Below, in pieces: positions 61,041 through 64,000 of a DNA stretch of 64,000 nucleotides. The position numbers and the translations under genes are program-made. This DNA comes from Chrysomallon squamiferum (taxonomy: Eukaryota > Animalia > Mollusca): the NCBI GenBank assembly GCA_012295275.1, contig CM022675.1, positions 5,208,001 to 5,272,000 of the forward strand. The letters are read 5' to 3'. The notes beneath the pieces are model-generated. The model had not been told where the DNA came from. It made no database searches and saw only the letters and a list, made by a program, of their open reading frames with translations. Each line of letters starts with the position of its first letter. Within the stretch, counting starts at the first letter, position 1.

Positions 61041-64000
61041 ACACTACAGAGGTACCAGAACCATACGAAAAGCACTGTGTGGTTTAGGTCATTCACTAAG
61101 CCTGCGTGTAATCGACCTTTAACACTTGCCCGTACGATCGCTTGCCGTATTAGTAAAATAAGATTTAAAAGCAGTACATAAAAGTGTGATTTAAAGTCTC
61201 GAATTTAATCTAAACTGTTAATTGTTCATATGAATGACGCTACGCTCGCTTCTCTTTTTATTTCTCGCATATGCGATATAAACTGAGATCTTGCGAGAAT
61301 GTGATTTGCAGTCACGTGACAAATCTTATAAATAGGCAGACATTTTTAAATTCGCCATCTTTGCATGTAAGCGATTGTTGTAGTAAGTATCGTTGCTTAG
61401 TCTGTGTTAATTGAAATTTTGAAATGTCGGGAGGTAGTGGAGCTGTAGGAACTAGTAGTGGTAACGGTAGTAGCTGGGGGAGCTAAGGAATTAACGATGG
61501 TAAAAATAGAACTACTTCTGTTCCTAACACGGAATGTATGCCGCAAGGACCACTGTTTAACAAAGATCAAGACAGTGTGTTTCGGAAGACATTCCATCGG
61601 ATATTCCAATGGTATGTACACGATAATGCCGAAACTACCACTTATTACGATAAAACTAATAAAACAGTAGACGAAGGTTTTCAAATTTTACCTTACGACT
61701 ATCCTAAAGCTTCCGTAATTCCCATTCAGTGGCAAGAAGCTCAAGCTTTCAGACTCGTTAATATAGGTTTCGAAATATTAGGTTGTACTTTAACGACCGA
61801 AGAAGTCACTTCCATAAGTGACATTCAAGTGATGCGCACGGATTTCGTACGCGAACCCGAGCTGCTCCGTTTGTGATTATAATCACGAATGGGGAGATTT
61901 CGTTGTTAAGTTTAAAAACAACCAAAGGTTCGATATCAGTAGTAATTTCACCAATCAGTGGGCAGTAAATCGGCAAAATGCTGCTCTGCCCAGAGTAGTA
62001 TTAAAACTACCAGAATTTTTTTAACAAAAACCAATGTCAATTGATGGGCATTCATTACAAATTCCAAGAGGTATTTTTATTCCTCATCGGCGATATTAAT
62101 ACCATGACTTCGAAATTTACTCATACTTGGGAATGTACGGAAATTTGTTATCCCATTTGTCATTACTTGCATAATATTAAAGACTACGATGTCAGTGATA
62201 TCGGAACGCTAGGAAAACCTTTTGGTGGTACGAAGTCTTGTACAAAGTTTTTAATCAAACTCTTGTCTCTATTGCGGTAGAGATAGTCCGGTGGTCCAAG
62301 CGGCGTGCATTTTCGTAAAATGTTTTATCACTTTCGAATTCATTAGACGTTCGATTACATGTATCGCGAATTATCTAAGATTAGAGAAGTAGCCGGTTAC
62401 GCAGCCAATACTAAATTTGCATTTCCCAAACGTAAGAGAAAATATCGTTTCCAAAACAGGATGGTTTACACTCGAACTGACCACGGAAACGAACCGTCAT
62501 CCAACCCTGCAACAGGAGAATACGCGCCTGAAGCACCACGGAGCCTCGTCAATACTCACCTCCTGGTGGCACAGTGTCTGGCTCTGCTTCTTCAAACCGT
62601 TACCATCCTCACCCTTCGCCTCGTCCGGAATGAGTGAATTAAATGTTTATTTTTGGAAGTAGAGATACGAAGATATGTTACGTAGTGTATATCAACCTGG
62701 TCTAACCAATATAGATCTCATTTATCCAGAAATTCCTAGAAACAATGAACAAAATATATCTGAATTTATATTAGAATATAAGAGTTTGAGTTTCGATCTG
62801 TTTAAAACTAGAAATACGCTTCCTGGTCTCGATTTTAAACAACGTTAAAACAGATTTGTTCGGATGCGACATCGTCTACTTTGTAGACGATGATAGAATA
62901 ACAAACGATTCGGGCAACGTTTGGCTTTGGTCTGTAGACGGAAACCAAGTCTAGACGTGGTTGTCTCGTGTGTTTCTAGATTTTACTAAATGGAAGAAAG
63001 TCTTTGAATTTAATATCACTGTGCAAAATTTAAACCGCGTATTTAAGTCTCCTACGTCTGATCCTAATGTCGTTAAGAAAGATTACTTAAATCAATTTAA
63101 GATAATTCCTAAAAAGCAAGCTCACGATCTACCTCAGTATATATATTGGCTGTTAATCAATAACCAAAATAGAATACCTGATGATAAAGGAGTCTTCGAT
63201 CCTCACGTCACAGATTATAATAAAATATTTAATCAGTCTGTTCATTTTAATACTGTGCCCGATAACCGTTCGCGTATGCATTGAATGAAATTATGCGATG
63301 GTTGCTATTGGGCTACGACCTTACAGAAGGTGATATACTTTTAATTAGATCGTTGGCTGGAATTTTTTCTGGAAACAACGACAAAGATCAATCGACCCAT
63401 CCTTCTTTTCACGTGGAAGACAAAGATCCTTATGATTGCATAGAACTAGTGATGGGTAGAAACGTCGAAGGAGGCAGAATAAAACAGTTGTGTCCCATTG
63501 ACTATCGATTCGATGAGGACATGTTAACCTCCGACGAAAATAAGAACAAAAAATCGAATCCGATACAGAAAAATCGCTTCCGTATAAAAGAGATTAACTG
63601 CTCCTACTTGTATTTGTTCCAGAAATAAAGCCATAGAAAAGAAGACAATATTAAGAAAACGTTATAAAGAAGCATAACCAGCCAACGGACATATTTCATA
63701 ATCCTATCGCATTTATTTTAAGTTCATATCATCATCAGCGAGTATCGGTTCATTGGTAAATAGCCATGGATAGACTCCGAAAGGCTTCACTCAGAAACGT
63801 GCAGTGAACGAATTTCTAGATGATGATGATCAAGACCAACACTTCAGACGACCAACTAATTTAACAAGACAAAGTCGTTTCAGATGTACGTCTACAGAAG
63901 CGATACCATCTACGTCGAGGCAGACAACGCCCGTCAGTCAGTTCACGCAAACTTACGATCCATGGGAAAACTCTCAACCGTTGATGACTTCTCCTGCTGC
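61041..64000 (+). mobile_element. Endogenous parvovirus-like element, copy 2 (inverted; runs off the window)
   Basis: Reverse complement of 53170-49430. Capsid remnant 61424-62633 has an extra early TAA, the unknown ORFs span 62630-63628, and a ~750-bp deletion at ~63773 removes the HUH region. Confidence 0.85.
61262..61361 (+). promoter_or_regulatory. Putative viral promoter, copy 2
   Basis: GTCACGTGAC 61311-61320, TATAAATAG 61327-61335 and CGCCATCTT 61353-61361, all conserved with copy 1. Confidence 0.65.

Overview
AT-rich, microsatellite-dense animal genomic DNA, probably a lophotrochozoan such as a mollusc (inferred from domain content), with two 200-N gaps. From left to right it holds: (1) the 3' end of a 28S rRNA on the minus strand; (2) a tandem array of four minus-strand paralogs of an intron-containing type-I membrane receptor (signal peptide, C-type-lectin-like domain apparently interrupted by a WSC domain, second lectin-like domain, Thr-rich stalk, TM helix, Tyr-motif-rich tail), each copy carrying apparent disablements; (3) DNA-transposon remnants (a Tigger/pogo derivative and a THAP-bearing TIR element); (4) six phase-compatible exons of a multi-SRCR gene, followed by a minisatellite built from its own splice donor; (5) a degenerate endogenous parvovirus-like element with a jelly-roll capsid ORF placed first, unknown ORFs, then a HUH Rep/NS1-like ORF. 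The viral element occurs twice, in the arms of a large inverted duplication centred on the second gap. Most ORFs in the supplied track are microsatellite artefacts. All homology calls come from motif recognition by eye, not database searches.
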